Position numbers and translations under genes: made by a program. Positions 9,771-18,212 of a DNA stretch of 64,000 nucleotides are shown one piece after another. Position 1 is the first letter of the stretch. Each line of letters begins with the position of its first letter. The notes beneath the pieces were generated by a model. That model saw only the letters and a list, made by a program, of their open reading frames with translations. It was not told the DNA's origin and ran no database searches. The stretch is from an uncultured Acidobacteriota bacterium (GTDB lineage: Bacteria; Acidobacteriota; Vicinamibacteria; Vicinamibacterales; 2-12-FULL-66-21), in contig CAVRYD010000014.1 of assembly GCA_963725335.1 (NCBI GenBank), positions 698,598 through 762,597 of the forward strand, read 5' to 3'.

Positions 9771-11136
9771 TTGCGGCTTTGTGCCCGCTAACGACCGCGC
9801 TTTCGATGGTGCCCGGAAGCCCTGTGTCGATCCAGTCGCCGGCGAGAACGAGGCCGTTGAGTGGTGTCGAGGTCGGCGGGCGAGCGGGTTGGCCCGGCGC
9901 GAGCGAGAACGTCGCATGTTTTTCTCGAACGATGGTGGCGCGAACGAGGCGGCGCTGGCGAGCGCCGGGAAGTGCTTCCTGCACTTCCCTCGCGGCCAGC
10001 GCGGTGAGCTCGTCACGTCCCAGCGACGTCAACGCGGTAGCCCCGCTCGAGACCAGCGAGAGATGCGAGGCGCTTTCGCCGAATGCCATGCGCTTGTCGA
10101 AGACCCATTGCATCTCGCGCCCGGGCAGGCCGACGAACGGTTCGTCCATGACGCGGCCGTCGTACCAGAGGTTGACGGTCACGATGGGCATCGATTCCAT
10201 CGCGCTGGCGGAGGCAACGATCGGAACGAGTTCGGGCGGTGGCGAGGGAAGGAACAGGCGTCCGAGATCGAACCATGGAACCGCCGCGATCACCCGGCGG
10301 GTCGCGATGCGCTCGCCGCGGACATCAACGCCGCACACCCGTCCATGTTCCGTGATCACCCTGGCGAGTGCGTTGGTGCGGACGTCGCCGCCTCGCGCCT
10401 CGATGAACCGTTTCGCTGGCTCCGCGTACATTTCGTGCAAGGGACACGCCGGCAGCACAAGCGCCGAGTCGCGCGCATCAGGCCCGAACATCTGCGCGAG
10501 CACACGCACGAACGGCGACGCGGACGCCGCTGCCGGCGACTGGTTGAGCGCCGCGACCGCGAGCGGCTCCCACAACCAGGACCGCAAATTCGGACGCTGT
10601 CCGTGCGCAGCCAGCCATTCAGACACGGTTCCGTCGGGTTTGGCAGAAACGGACCCGGTTCGTGTGAGCTCGCGGCGCGCCCGGCGCAGCTCCCGTGCGA
10701 GCATCAGCACTGAGAGCCGATCGCGCCAGGGAATGGCGCCCCATTGCAGCACCCCGGCGAGCAGGTGGTACGGAGAGGGGAGCTTCGGGCAGCGCAAGAT
10801 GGAACGCCGACCGGATCGATCGAGATACGGCACGGCCAGCGCCGGCTGTACCTGGATGCGATCGAGCGCCTGTATCCGTTCGAGAAATTCAAACGTCGCG
10901 TGATAACAGCCGAAGAGCACGTGCTGGCCGTTGTCGACGAGCTCCCCCGTTTCGCGATCGCGGAAGGCGGTCGCGCGTCCGCCGAGCTGCGACCTGGCAT
11001 CGAGCACGATCACACGCTCGCCACGCGCCGCCAGCGCTGCCGCGGCGCTGAGGCCAGCGAACCCGCCACCGACGACCACGACCGGATCCGATGGACGCAC
11101 GGGAGATCCCATGTCGGGCGTCGCGCTGTCTGACAT
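9748..11136 (-). CDS. hpnE: hydroxysqualene dehydroxylase HpnE (FAD-dependent, phytoene-desaturase fold)
   Basis: ORF track 9748..11460 trimmed to ATG 11136 (MSDSATPD...), which lies 8 nt after the hpnD stop. FAD motif VVVGGGFAGLSAA, followed by GGRATAFRD...DNGQHVLFGCY as in HpnE. Confidence 0.85.
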   Translation of the reverse strand: MSDSATPDMGSPVRPSDPVVVVGGGFAGLSAAAALAARGERVIVLDARSQLGGRATAFRDRETGELVDNGQHVLFGCYHATFEFLERIQALDRIQVQPALAVPYLDRSGRRSILRCPKLPSPYHLLAGVLQWGAIPWRDRLSVLMLARELRRARRELTRTGSVSAKPDGTVSEWLAAHGQRPNLRSWLWEPLAVAALNQSPAAASASPFVRVLAQMFGPDARDSALVLPACPLHEMYAEPAKRFIEARGGDVRTNALARVITEHGRVCGVDVRGERIATRRVIAAVPWFDLGRLFLPSPPPELVPIVASASAMESMPIVTVNLWYDGRVMDEPFVGLPGREMQWVFDKRMAFGESASHLSLVSSGATALTSLGRDELTALAAREVQEALPGARQRRLVRATIVREKHATFSLAPGQPARPPTSTPLNGLVLAGDWIDTGLPGTIESAVVSGHKAAKELLIAD

Positions 11137-11144
11137 GGTGACGG

Positions 11145-11984
11145 TCACCGCACGCGCAGCATGGTGCGCGCCCAGGTGGCGGCCGCGATGACCGCCCGCT
11201 GCGGGCGTGGAATTCGAACGACGCGGGTAAACACATCGTAGTCCGCGCGCTCGATCCGGTTCAGGATGCTGAGGTAGATGGCGCCCATGATCTCGGCTGC
11301 CGCCAGCCGTCGCCCGTCGACCGCCGGCAGTTCGGCGGCCGCCTTGACGTAATAGGTGCGTGCCCGATCCGCCTGCTGCCGAAGGAGGCTTTTCACACTC
11401 GGCGATTGCACGCCGCGTCCCCTCGCGTTTATTTCCCGGACGAGATCGTCTTCGGAACACTGGTGCGCGCGTAGGTCGGCTTGAGGGATATAGACACGGC
11501 CGCGTGAAAGGTCCTCGGGTACGTCGCGCAGGATGTTGGTCAACTGCAGCGCGACCCCAAGATCGGTGGCGTATTGTCGCGAGCGCGGATCGACGTATCC
11601 GAAGATCTCGAGGCAGATGAGTCCGATCGCCGAAGCCACTCGTATGCAGTACCCGTACAAGTCGGCGAACGATTCGTATCGCCGCGAATCGAGATCCATC
11701 TCGACGCCCTCGATGAGCGCGTCGAACGCGGATCGCGGCAGGTGGAACTCACCGACGAGGGGGGCAAGCGCGCGTCCCTGCGAGGTCTGCGGCGGCCCGC
11801 CGTCGAAAACCGTGGCGAGCTCCGCTCTCCAGCGCGCCACCTGCGATCGTGCCGGTTCCCCCACTCCCGCCTCGTCCACGGCATCGTCGACGGCGCGGCA
11901 GAAATCCCAGACGGCGACGATCGCGCGGCGTTTGTCCGGCGGCAGCACCAGGAACGAGTAGTAGAAGTTCGTGTCGCGGGCCAT
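11145..11984 (-). CDS. hpnD: presqualene diphosphate synthase HpnD (squalene/phytoene synthase family)
   Basis: ORF track 11145..12044 trimmed to the conserved start MARDTNFYYSFLVLPPDKRRAI. Asp-rich motif AVDDAVDE. Confidence 0.85.
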   Translation of the reverse strand: MARDTNFYYSFLVLPPDKRRAIVAVWDFCRAVDDAVDEAGVGEPARSQVARWRAELATVFDGGPPQTSQGRALAPLVGEFHLPRSAFDALIEGVEMDLDSRRYESFADLYGYCIRVASAIGLICLEIFGYVDPRSRQYATDLGVALQLTNILRDVPEDLSRGRVYIPQADLRAHQCSEDDLVREINARGRGVQSPSVKSLLRQQADRARTYYVKAAAELPAVDGRRLAAAEIMGAIYLSILNRIERADYDVFTRVVRIPRPQRAVIAAATWARTMLRVR

Positions 11985-11985
11985 G

Positions 11986-12903
11986 TCAGGGCGCTGGCGT
12001 CGCTTTCCTCCAGCGGAGGGCCCGCCAGACGAGGATTGGCGCATCGCCCGCTCCGAGCGTTGGCCGGTGATTCCAGACGTCGAACCGTGCCGCTTCGATA
12101 TTCTGCAGAATCCGCATGCCGCCGAGCCACGTCAATCGCAGTTCCCACCGAAGCCGGCCGCGCACCGCGTCGCAGATGGGACGACCCGCCTCGAATAATT
12201 CCTTGGTCCGTCGCGTCGCCTGCTGCACGGCGAGTCGCCACTCGTGCGTCATCTCTCCACGATCGAGATCCGCTTCCCGCGCACGGGTACGATTGCGTTC
12301 TTCGGCTGGCAGATACAGCCGGCCCCGACTCCAATCGATTGCCAGATCCTGCCAGAAGTTCGTCAACTGCAGCGCCGTGCACACCGCATCGGAGTGTGCG
12401 TCGAGCGACGCGCTGTCATAGCCGGCCACGCGCAGGACCAGGCGGCCGACCGGATTGGCAGACCGGCGACAGTAGTCGAGCACCTCACGCCACGTCTCGT
12501 AGCGGGTGGTGACGACATCCTGTCGAAAGGCGCTCAGCAGATCGTGGAAAAGCGAGCGCGGCAGCTGATGAGCTTGGATGGTGTTCTCGAGCGCCATGAA
12601 TATCAACTCGTCGCTCGGGCCGGCTGCTGCGTCATACACCGCAGGAACTCCGCGATCGAGCCGCGCGCTCCACGCATCCAGCAGCCGCAGCCGTTCGTCG
12701 GCATCAGGACCGGGCTCGTCTGCGAAATCGTCGGCGCGACGGGCAAACGCATAGATCGCAGCGATGTGCGGCCGCATCGGTGCCGGTAACAGCCGGGACG
12801 CGACCGGGAAGTTCTCGTAATGGTTCCGCGCGATGCGCTCGCAGTAGCGGTACGCCGTCTCGATGGCGCTGCCGGCGTTGGTGGGCGCCGGCGATTTCAC
12901 CAT
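11986..12903 (-). CDS. hpnC: hydroxysqualene synthase HpnC (squalene/phytoene synthase family)
   Basis: 305-aa ORF with YRYCERIARNHYENFPVASRLLP and the Asp-rich ARRADDFADE. It sits directly upstream of hpnD-hpnE. Confidence 0.85.
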   Translation of the reverse strand: MVKSPAPTNAGSAIETAYRYCERIARNHYENFPVASRLLPAPMRPHIAAIYAFARRADDFADEPGPDADERLRLLDAWSARLDRGVPAVYDAAAGPSDELIFMALENTIQAHQLPRSLFHDLLSAFRQDVVTTRYETWREVLDYCRRSANPVGRLVLRVAGYDSASLDAHSDAVCTALQLTNFWQDLAIDWSRGRLYLPAEERNRTRAREADLDRGEMTHEWRLAVQQATRRTKELFEAGRPICDAVRGRLRWELRLTWLGGMRILQNIEAARFDVWNHRPTLGAGDAPILVWRALRWRKATPAP

Positions 12904-13436
12904 TCGTCTTCAGCCGCTCCGGACCGGCGATTGGCCGCGCGGCCCATGACGAACAGCAGATCTGACAGGCGGTTGATGTAGGCGAGCACCTCCGGCTCGA
13001 TCGCATCCGTGCCGAGCGAGACGATCGATCGTTCGGCGCGCCGGCAGATCGTGCGGCCGACGTGCACGGCCGCGCCGCCGATCGATCCCCCGGGCAGAAT
13101 GAAACGACGCAGCGGGGGTAGCTCCGATTCGAGACGATCGATCCAGTCCTCGAGTCTGGAGATATCGCCGGGAGCGACGGCAGCTTTCGTGACGCGTTCG
13201 GCAATCCGGTGCGACGGATCCGCGAGGCGGGCTCCGACGGCGAACAGATCGCGCTGGATTTGCTCGAGCATCGCCGTCAGGGTCTTGTCGTTCATCGATG
13301 CGCGTACGAAACCGAGCCACGCGTTCAGCTCGTCCACATCGCCGTAAGCGGCCACGCGCGGGCTGCTCTTCGGCCCGCGCGTGCCGTCGAAGAAACCGGT
13401 GTCGCCGCCGTCGCCGGTCCTGGTGTAAATTTTCAC
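12897..13436 (-). CDS. ATP:cob(I)alamin adenosyltransferase, PduO/MMAB type
   Basis: 179-aa ORF starting MKIYTRTGDGGDTGFFDG, the typical PduO-type N-terminus. Its stop overlaps the hpnC start by 7 nt. Confidence 0.85.
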   Translation of the reverse strand: MKIYTRTGDGGDTGFFDGTRGPKSSPRVAAYGDVDELNAWLGFVRASMNDKTLTAMLEQIQRDLFAVGARLADPSHRIAERVTKAAVAPGDISRLEDWIDRLESELPPLRRFILPGGSIGGAAVHVGRTICRRAERSIVSLGTDAIEPEVLAYINRLSDLLFVMGRAANRRSGAAEDEW

Positions 13437-13501
13437 ATCTTCAATTATTCGCCGGAACAGTCCGGATGGACACGCAATTGACCGACCAGTCGCGCTCGTG
13501 A

Positions 13502-14206
13502 ATGGGAGCTAATCCCCGAAAACGTCCCCGGAAGGCCCCCCTCGCGCTTCCACCGCCCGTCAGCCGCCAGTGGTTCCGGCGACGGTTGCTCGACTGGTAT
13601 CGGCGGAACGGCCGTGATCTGCCGTGGCGCCGGACGCGCGATCCCTACCACATTCTCGTGTCGGAAGTGATGCTCCAGCAGACGCAGGTCGATCGCGTCC
13701 TGCCGAAGTATCACGAGTGGATCGAGAAGTATCCGACTCTTGGCGCCCTTGCGGTCGCGCCAGAGCACGAGGTCTCGAAGATATGGCGCCCGCTTGGCTA
13801 CAACATCCGTCCGCAGCGTCTACACGCGATTGCCCGTGAATCCGTCGCGCGCTACGGGGGCGAGCTTCCCGGCGACGAGGCCACACTTCGATCGTTCAAA
13901 GGGATCGGCGCCTACACGGCCGGAGCGGTTCTGAGTTTTGCTTTCGGACAACGGGCCGCGATTCTCGACACCAACGTTGCACGCGTCCTTTTCCGCGTCT
14001 TCGTAGGCGCCGGCGATCCGAAGGCACACGCGATGCGTCGGCACCTCTGGAACGTCTCGCGAACGGTGCTCCCCATGCGACACGTCTTCGATTTCAATCA
14101 GGCGCTGATGGACTTCGGCGCGACGCGGTGCACGGCGCGCAAGCCCCAATGCCCATCATGTCCACTGCGAACGGGATGCGCCGCGTTCCCGTTCGAACAG
14201 CCGTAA
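13502..14206 (+). CDS. mutY: A/G-specific adenine glycosylase-like (MutY catalytic HhH-GPD domain only)
   Basis: 234-aa ORF with WYRRNGRDLPWRRTRDPYHILVSEVMLQQTQV and the 4Fe-4S loop CTARKPQCPSCPLRTGC. It has no C-terminal Nudix-like domain. Confidence 0.8.
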   Translation: MGANPRKRPRKAPLALPPPVSRQWFRRRLLDWYRRNGRDLPWRRTRDPYHILVSEVMLQQTQVDRVLPKYHEWIEKYPTLGALAVAPEHEVSKIWRPLGYNIRPQRLHAIARESVARYGGELPGDEATLRSFKGIGAYTAGAVLSFAFGQRAAILDTNVARVLFRVFVGAGDPKAHAMRRHLWNVSRTVLPMRHVFDFNQALMDFGATRCTARKPQCPSCPLRTGCAAFPFEQP

Positions 14207-14608
14207 TGGAGCGGCCGCTCCATTCCGTTCCTCGAATCGTGGTCACCGCCGCCGTGATCGAAGAGGACGGCAGATTCCTCGTCACGCGTCGCCCTGGGGG
14301 CGTGCACCTCGAAGGCTTCTGGGAGTTTCCGGGTGGCAAGTGCGAAGAGGGGGAATCGCATGTCGCGTCGCTCGAGCGCGAGATTACGGAGGAGCTCGAC
14401 ACGTCGGTCAGGATTGACCGGGAGTTGTTCTCGGTCGCACACACCTATGCGGACCGCGTCGTCGAGCTGCACTTCTTTGCGTGCCGCCTGACCGGGACGC
14501 CCCGCGCGGGTACTCGGTCAGGAGATGAGGTGGGTGGCGCGGGAGGATCTGCGGTCCCTGCCTTTTCCTCCCGCGGACGAAGAGCTGATTCGAATGCTTA
14601 CCGAATGA
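14206..14608 (+). pseudogene. mutT: 8-oxo-dGTP diphosphatase MutT (Nudix), one +1 frame break
   Basis: Start ATG 14206 overlaps the mutY TAA. Nudix box GGKCEEGESHVASLEREITEELD. After ...LTGTPRA the protein continues in the next frame as VLGQEMRWVAREDLRSLPFPPADEELIRMLTE, with the stop at 14606-14608. Deleting one g of ggg 14508-14510 restores it. Confidence 0.75.
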
Positions 14609-14675
14609 CCGCCGCTCGTCAGTGCCTTTTCAGCGTCTCGATCCCGCTGACCTTGCCCAGGCAGGTGTCGCCGGA

Positions 14676-15203
14676 TCAACGGATGGGGTGCACAATCCTC
14701 GTGTAGAAGTCCTCCAGCGCCTCTCGCGTGCTCTGGAACGCGAGCTGATCCCACGGTATTTCCGCGCGCGCGAAGAGACCCGCTTCCAGCGACTCGTCGT
14801 CAACTCGCAGATCGCCGCCAATCACCGACGCCTTGTACACCACGACGACGATAGGACGTCCGGGGTAGGAGTAGATGTTGATGAGGCCGTCGAGGCGAAC
14901 GTCGAGCCCGGCTTCCTCGCGCGCCTCGCGGATCGCCGCGACGGTAATCTCTTCTCCACGATCGACGTAGCCACCGGGGAACACCCACAAGCCGTAACCC
15001 GGCTCGATGGCTCGGCGGACGAGAACGATTCGCTCGTCACCCGTCTCGATCACGGTCCCGACCGCCACTTTGGGATCGGCGTAATGGATGTACCCGCACC
15101 GTCCGCAGACCTGCCGCGGCGGATCGCGAGCTTTCAGCTGCCGGCTTTCGAGCGGCGCGGCGCAGGCGGGACAGAACCGAAACGCTGAGTCGGAAGACGT
15201 CAT
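14676..15203 (-). CDS. Nudix hydrolase with N-terminal zinc ribbon
   Basis: ORF track 14676..15473 trimmed to ATG 15203 (MTSSDSAFRFCPACAAPL...CGRCG). Nudix box GGYVDRGEEITVAAIREAREEAG. Confidence 0.8.
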   Translation of the reverse strand: MTSSDSAFRFCPACAAPLESRQLKARDPPRQVCGRCGYIHYADPKVAVGTVIETGDERIVLVRRAIEPGYGLWVFPGGYVDRGEEITVAAIREAREEAGLDVRLDGLINIYSYPGRPIVVVVYKASVIGGDLRVDDESLEAGLFARAEIPWDQLAFQSTREALEDFYTRIVHPIR

Positions 15204-15305
15204 CGCAGAAAACCACTCCAGTTTGCACCCGATCCGCTCTCGGATGCCTGCCTTCTGCGCGGCCCTGAGCCGTCCCAAGCCGTCGGCCGCCATATAATTC
15301 CCACT

Positions 15306-15872
15306 ATGTCGATTTTGAAGATCGCGCGCATGGGGCATCCCGTCCTGCGCGCGAAGGCCCGCGCGCTGCATCCCTCCGAGATCCGGACCCCGAAGATTCA
15401 GCAGCTCATCGACGACATGCTCGAGACGATGAAGGAGTATCAGGGGATCGGACTTGCGGCACCGCAGGTCCATGAAGGGCTGCGGATCTTTGTTGCCGGG
15501 TTCCCTCCCCGAAAGGACGTCGACGAGGACGACGAACGCGAGGAAGGGGAGGACGTGCCGCTGATGGCGCTCGTCAATCCTGAAATCGAGATGTCGTCAC
15601 GCGATGTCGTCGAAGATTGGGAGGGGTGCCTGAGCATTCCCGACATCCGAGGCCGCGTGCCGCGGGCGCGTCATATCGTCGTCCGCGCCTTCGATCGCAG
15701 TGGCAAGAAGATCGAGATGCCGGCGTCCGGGTTCACCGCGCGGGTGATCCAGCACGAGACGGACCATCTCGACGGCGTGCTGTTCTTCGATCGAATGAAG
15801 AATTTCCAGTCGTTGACGTTCCTCGACGAGTTTGGACGGTACTGGAGCGGCCACAACGTCCGCGCGGAGTGA
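15306..15872 (+). CDS. def: peptide deformylase
   Basis: 188-aa ORF carrying the three PDF motifs GIGLAAPQV, EGCLSIP and HETDHLDG. Confidence 0.9.
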   Translation: MSILKIARMGHPVLRAKARALHPSEIRTPKIQQLIDDMLETMKEYQGIGLAAPQVHEGLRIFVAGFPPRKDVDEDDEREEGEDVPLMALVNPEIEMSSRDVVEDWEGCLSIPDIRGRVPRARHIVVRAFDRSGKKIEMPASGFTARVIQHETDHLDGVLFFDRMKNFQSLTFLDEFGRYWSGHNVRAE

Positions 15873-15884
15873 GCGAGTGAGCTG

Positions 15885-15985
15885 AATCCCTAATCACTAA
15901 TCACTGATCCTGAATCGCTAATCCCGAATCCTTCAATCCCGAATCCTTCAATCCCGAATCCTTGAATCGCTGAATCGCTGAATCG
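15885..15985. repeat. left arm of heptamer-phased inverted repeat flanking the four-helix-bundle gene
   Basis: The arm reads AATCCCT AATCACT AATCACT GATCCTG AATCGCT AATCCCG AATCCTT CAATCCC GAATCC... Its outer 62 nt (15885-15946) are the reverse complement of 16522-16584, apart from 1 mismatch and 1 single-nt indel (hand alignment). Confidence 0.85.
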
Positions 15986-15997
15986 TGCATCTTCCTG

Positions 15998-16393
15998 TCA
16001 CTCTGATGAGCTGTGCGAGCCCCGGTCGTTCCAGTCGCTTCGGCGCAGGTATTTGATGAATCCTCCGAGCATCTTGCCGAGTTCCTCGCCGGCTGTGAGA
16101 TGCGGGTTCAGTTCGTCCTTCGAGATGAGTTTCTTGTGATGTGCCTGTCGAAGGCGCCTGAGAACCTCTGCCAGCGAAGCTTTCGAGTGGGTCAGGAAGT
16201 GCGCAAACGCACGATCGGTGCCTTGCTCGAAGCCTTCCTCCATGTTTGAGGTAATCGAGTCGTTGGCGTCCGAGATCTGTTCATGGAGTTTGCGATCTCT
16301 GCGCAGCCGTGGCGTCTCCAATATCGCATTAACTGCACTCCAGAAAGCCTCGGCCTTGTGATACATGGGGAGTTCCTCTAGCTTGTGAGCCAT
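15998..16393 (-). CDS. four-helix-bundle protein (23S rRNA intervening-sequence protein family)
   Basis: ORF track 15998..16438; likely start ATG 16393 (MAHKLEELPMYHKAEAFWSAV...). The pattern ...ISDANDSITSNMEEGF...F..FL..SKASLAEV...L matches my recollection of this family. Confidence 0.75.
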   Translation of the reverse strand: MAHKLEELPMYHKAEAFWSAVNAILETPRLRRDRKLHEQISDANDSITSNMEEGFEQGTDRAFAHFLTHSKASLAEVLRRLRQAHHKKLISKDELNPHLTAGEELGKMLGGFIKYLRRSDWNDRGSHSSSE

Positions 16394-16440
16394 GCCCCAG
16401 CAGTTAGGCACAGCACATGCCAGGATCCGGCATCCCACGA

Positions 16441-16584
16441 TTCAGGGATTCAGGGATTCAGGGATTCCAGGATTCAAGGATTCCGGGGATTCGGGGATTT
16501 GATTCGAGGATTCGGGATTGAGGATTCGGGATTGAAGGATTCGGGATTAGGCGATTCAGGATCAGTGATTAGTGATCAGGGATT
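16441..16584. repeat. right arm of heptamer-phased inverted repeat flanking the four-helix-bundle gene
   Basis: GGGATTC/AGGATTC-type 7-8 nt units. The outer part is the reverse complement of 15885-15946. It overlaps the last 5 codons and stop of the thyX-like gene (..SIPDH*). Confidence 0.85.
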
Positions 16585-18176
16585 GACCGCCGTTGTTCGA
16601 GAGCCCGTTCGGAACTCAGACGTTCGAGTTCGACTTCGGAGTGATCCACGAACTGCATCGCGGCGGCCAGTGCGCGGTGGCCGGCCCGCTGCGCGATCAG
16701 CGTGTGCATGCGCTGACACACTCGCCGATATGCGGGGTGGCCCTGCGGCGCGGAGCGCAGCTCGAGAACGTGCATCGCTTCGCGCGCGTTCATCTCCATG
16801 TAGAACCGCACCCGGTACACCATCGCAACCGCATATGGTGCAGCCGCTCTGAGGCCGGCCGCCGTCAGGGCATCGTGAAGGTTCGCGGACCGTTCCATGA
16901 CCTGGTTCCAGTCGTCCCCCGCTCCCGCTTCGACGATCGCTTCCGGCTGAATGAATCCGTGCCGGGGGGTCAGCGGCTGCCACTCGATCGTCAACAGGCG
17001 ATGGCGCTGCAGATCGCGAAACGCGCCATAGTCGGTCAGCACGTCGAAGCGATAACTCGTGCGCTCGAAGGCGCGGCCGGGACGATGGCGGCGGTTGGTG
17101 CGGTTGCCAACGTAGGCGCGAAGGATCGTGAGACGCTCATCAGCCGACAAGCGCTTCGCGATGTCGAGAAGCTGATCGTCGGGGAGGTCGGAAACCGCGT
17201 ACAGCGCCGCCGCGACGACTTTCGTTTCCCCCGCGGGGTCGAAGTCGGTCAGGGTCACCTCATCGCGCGGCTCGGGCTCGACCGCGGACAGGTCCGCCGC
17301 GACGTCTTCGAGTTCCTCGCGGATCGCCGCGAAGTAGCCGCTCCAGCGCCCGCCCCGGTCGGGCTGGTCGACACGCGTGAGGAATGCGGGAATGATCTTC
17401 CGCAACTCGACGAGCATCTGGTCAGCGCACGCACGAACCTCGGAAAGCGGATTGGCGCGCATGCGCAGCAACAACGCCTCGAACGCTTGACCGGTGCCGA
17501 AGATGCCGACGTTCGATTGTGTGGCAGCGGGAAGCATTCCGCGCAGTGTGTCGAGCGCCTTTGCGCGGATCGCCGCGCGATGGACGCCATCGGAATCCCC
17601 CGGCGCTTTTGGATATCGGCGGCTGAAGTACTCCTGCATCGCCGGAATCCATCTGGCGTACGTCTCGAACGCGCGATCCATCGTGTGCACGTACTGGTCG
17701 CGCAATTGTCCGGCTCCGATTTCCTCTGGAACGTGGTAACGCCACCGGTCGTGGAGCTTGTCCGTGTAAGGAACGTACCGCGTCGACTGCTCGAGGTAGG
17801 CCATCAGGCGACCCCATTCGAGCACTTTGGTGAGGACGTTGGACACGTACTCGCACGCGATGTGCGCACCGCCGAGCTGCGCGACGGAATCATCGCCGTA
17901 GTCGCTGAAGACCCGCGCGTAGAGGCGGTCGGCGCGTTCTATCGCGGCGCTGGCGGCAGGCGCGCGCGCACCCCGCTCGTCTTCGGCCGCGCCGACCTTG
18001 TCGGCGAACTCGTCGAGGAACAGCCGGCGAAGACTCTTGGCCGAGCGGGAATATCTCGCGAAAAGCGCGCCCTTGACCGTCTCGGGCAGGTTGATCAGCG
18101 CAAAGATGTGGCTATCGAGGTTGGTGAAGTACGGCGTCAGCCGCGCGCGTTCTTCCGGCGTGAACTCTTCGGACAC
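16569..18176 (-). CDS. ThyX-like FAD-dependent thymidylate synthase family protein (double-length form)
   Basis: 535-aa ORF starting at GTG. ARYSRS and two RHR-containing segments (TNRRHRPGR, DLQRHRLLT) recall the ThyX motif. The assignment is from memory of long Thy1-domain proteins and has not been searched. Confidence 0.55.
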   Translation of the reverse strand: MSEEFTPEERARLTPYFTNLDSHIFALINLPETVKGALFARYSRSAKSLRRLFLDEFADKVGAAEDERGARAPAASAAIERADRLYARVFSDYGDDSVAQLGGAHIACEYVSNVLTKVLEWGRLMAYLEQSTRYVPYTDKLHDRWRYHVPEEIGAGQLRDQYVHTMDRAFETYARWIPAMQEYFSRRYPKAPGDSDGVHRAAIRAKALDTLRGMLPAATQSNVGIFGTGQAFEALLLRMRANPLSEVRACADQMLVELRKIIPAFLTRVDQPDRGGRWSGYFAAIREELEDVAADLSAVEPEPRDEVTLTDFDPAGETKVVAAALYAVSDLPDDQLLDIAKRLSADERLTILRAYVGNRTNRRHRPGRAFERTSYRFDVLTDYGAFRDLQRHRLLTIEWQPLTPRHGFIQPEAIVEAGAGDDWNQVMERSANLHDALTAAGLRAAAPYAVAMVYRVRFYMEMNAREAMHVLELRSAPQGHPAYRRVCQRMHTLIAQRAGHRALAAAMQFVDHSEVELERLSSERALEQRRSIPDH

Positions 18177-18212
18177 TCGCGGATTGTACAGCGGGTTGTC
18201 GCGACCGCGACG

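Noticed and set aside
9528-9791. Small ORFs translated through the repeat arrays (9528..9791, 16385..16852)
   Set aside because: Their peptide sequences are just the periodic read-out of the heptamer units (e.g. SAIQNPQSAI...). They have no start context and overlap real gene ends.
9584-10903. 439-aa + strand ORF
   Set aside because: It starts inside the heptamer array, runs antisense to hpnE, and is Ser/Arg/Ala-rich. No motif is recognisable.
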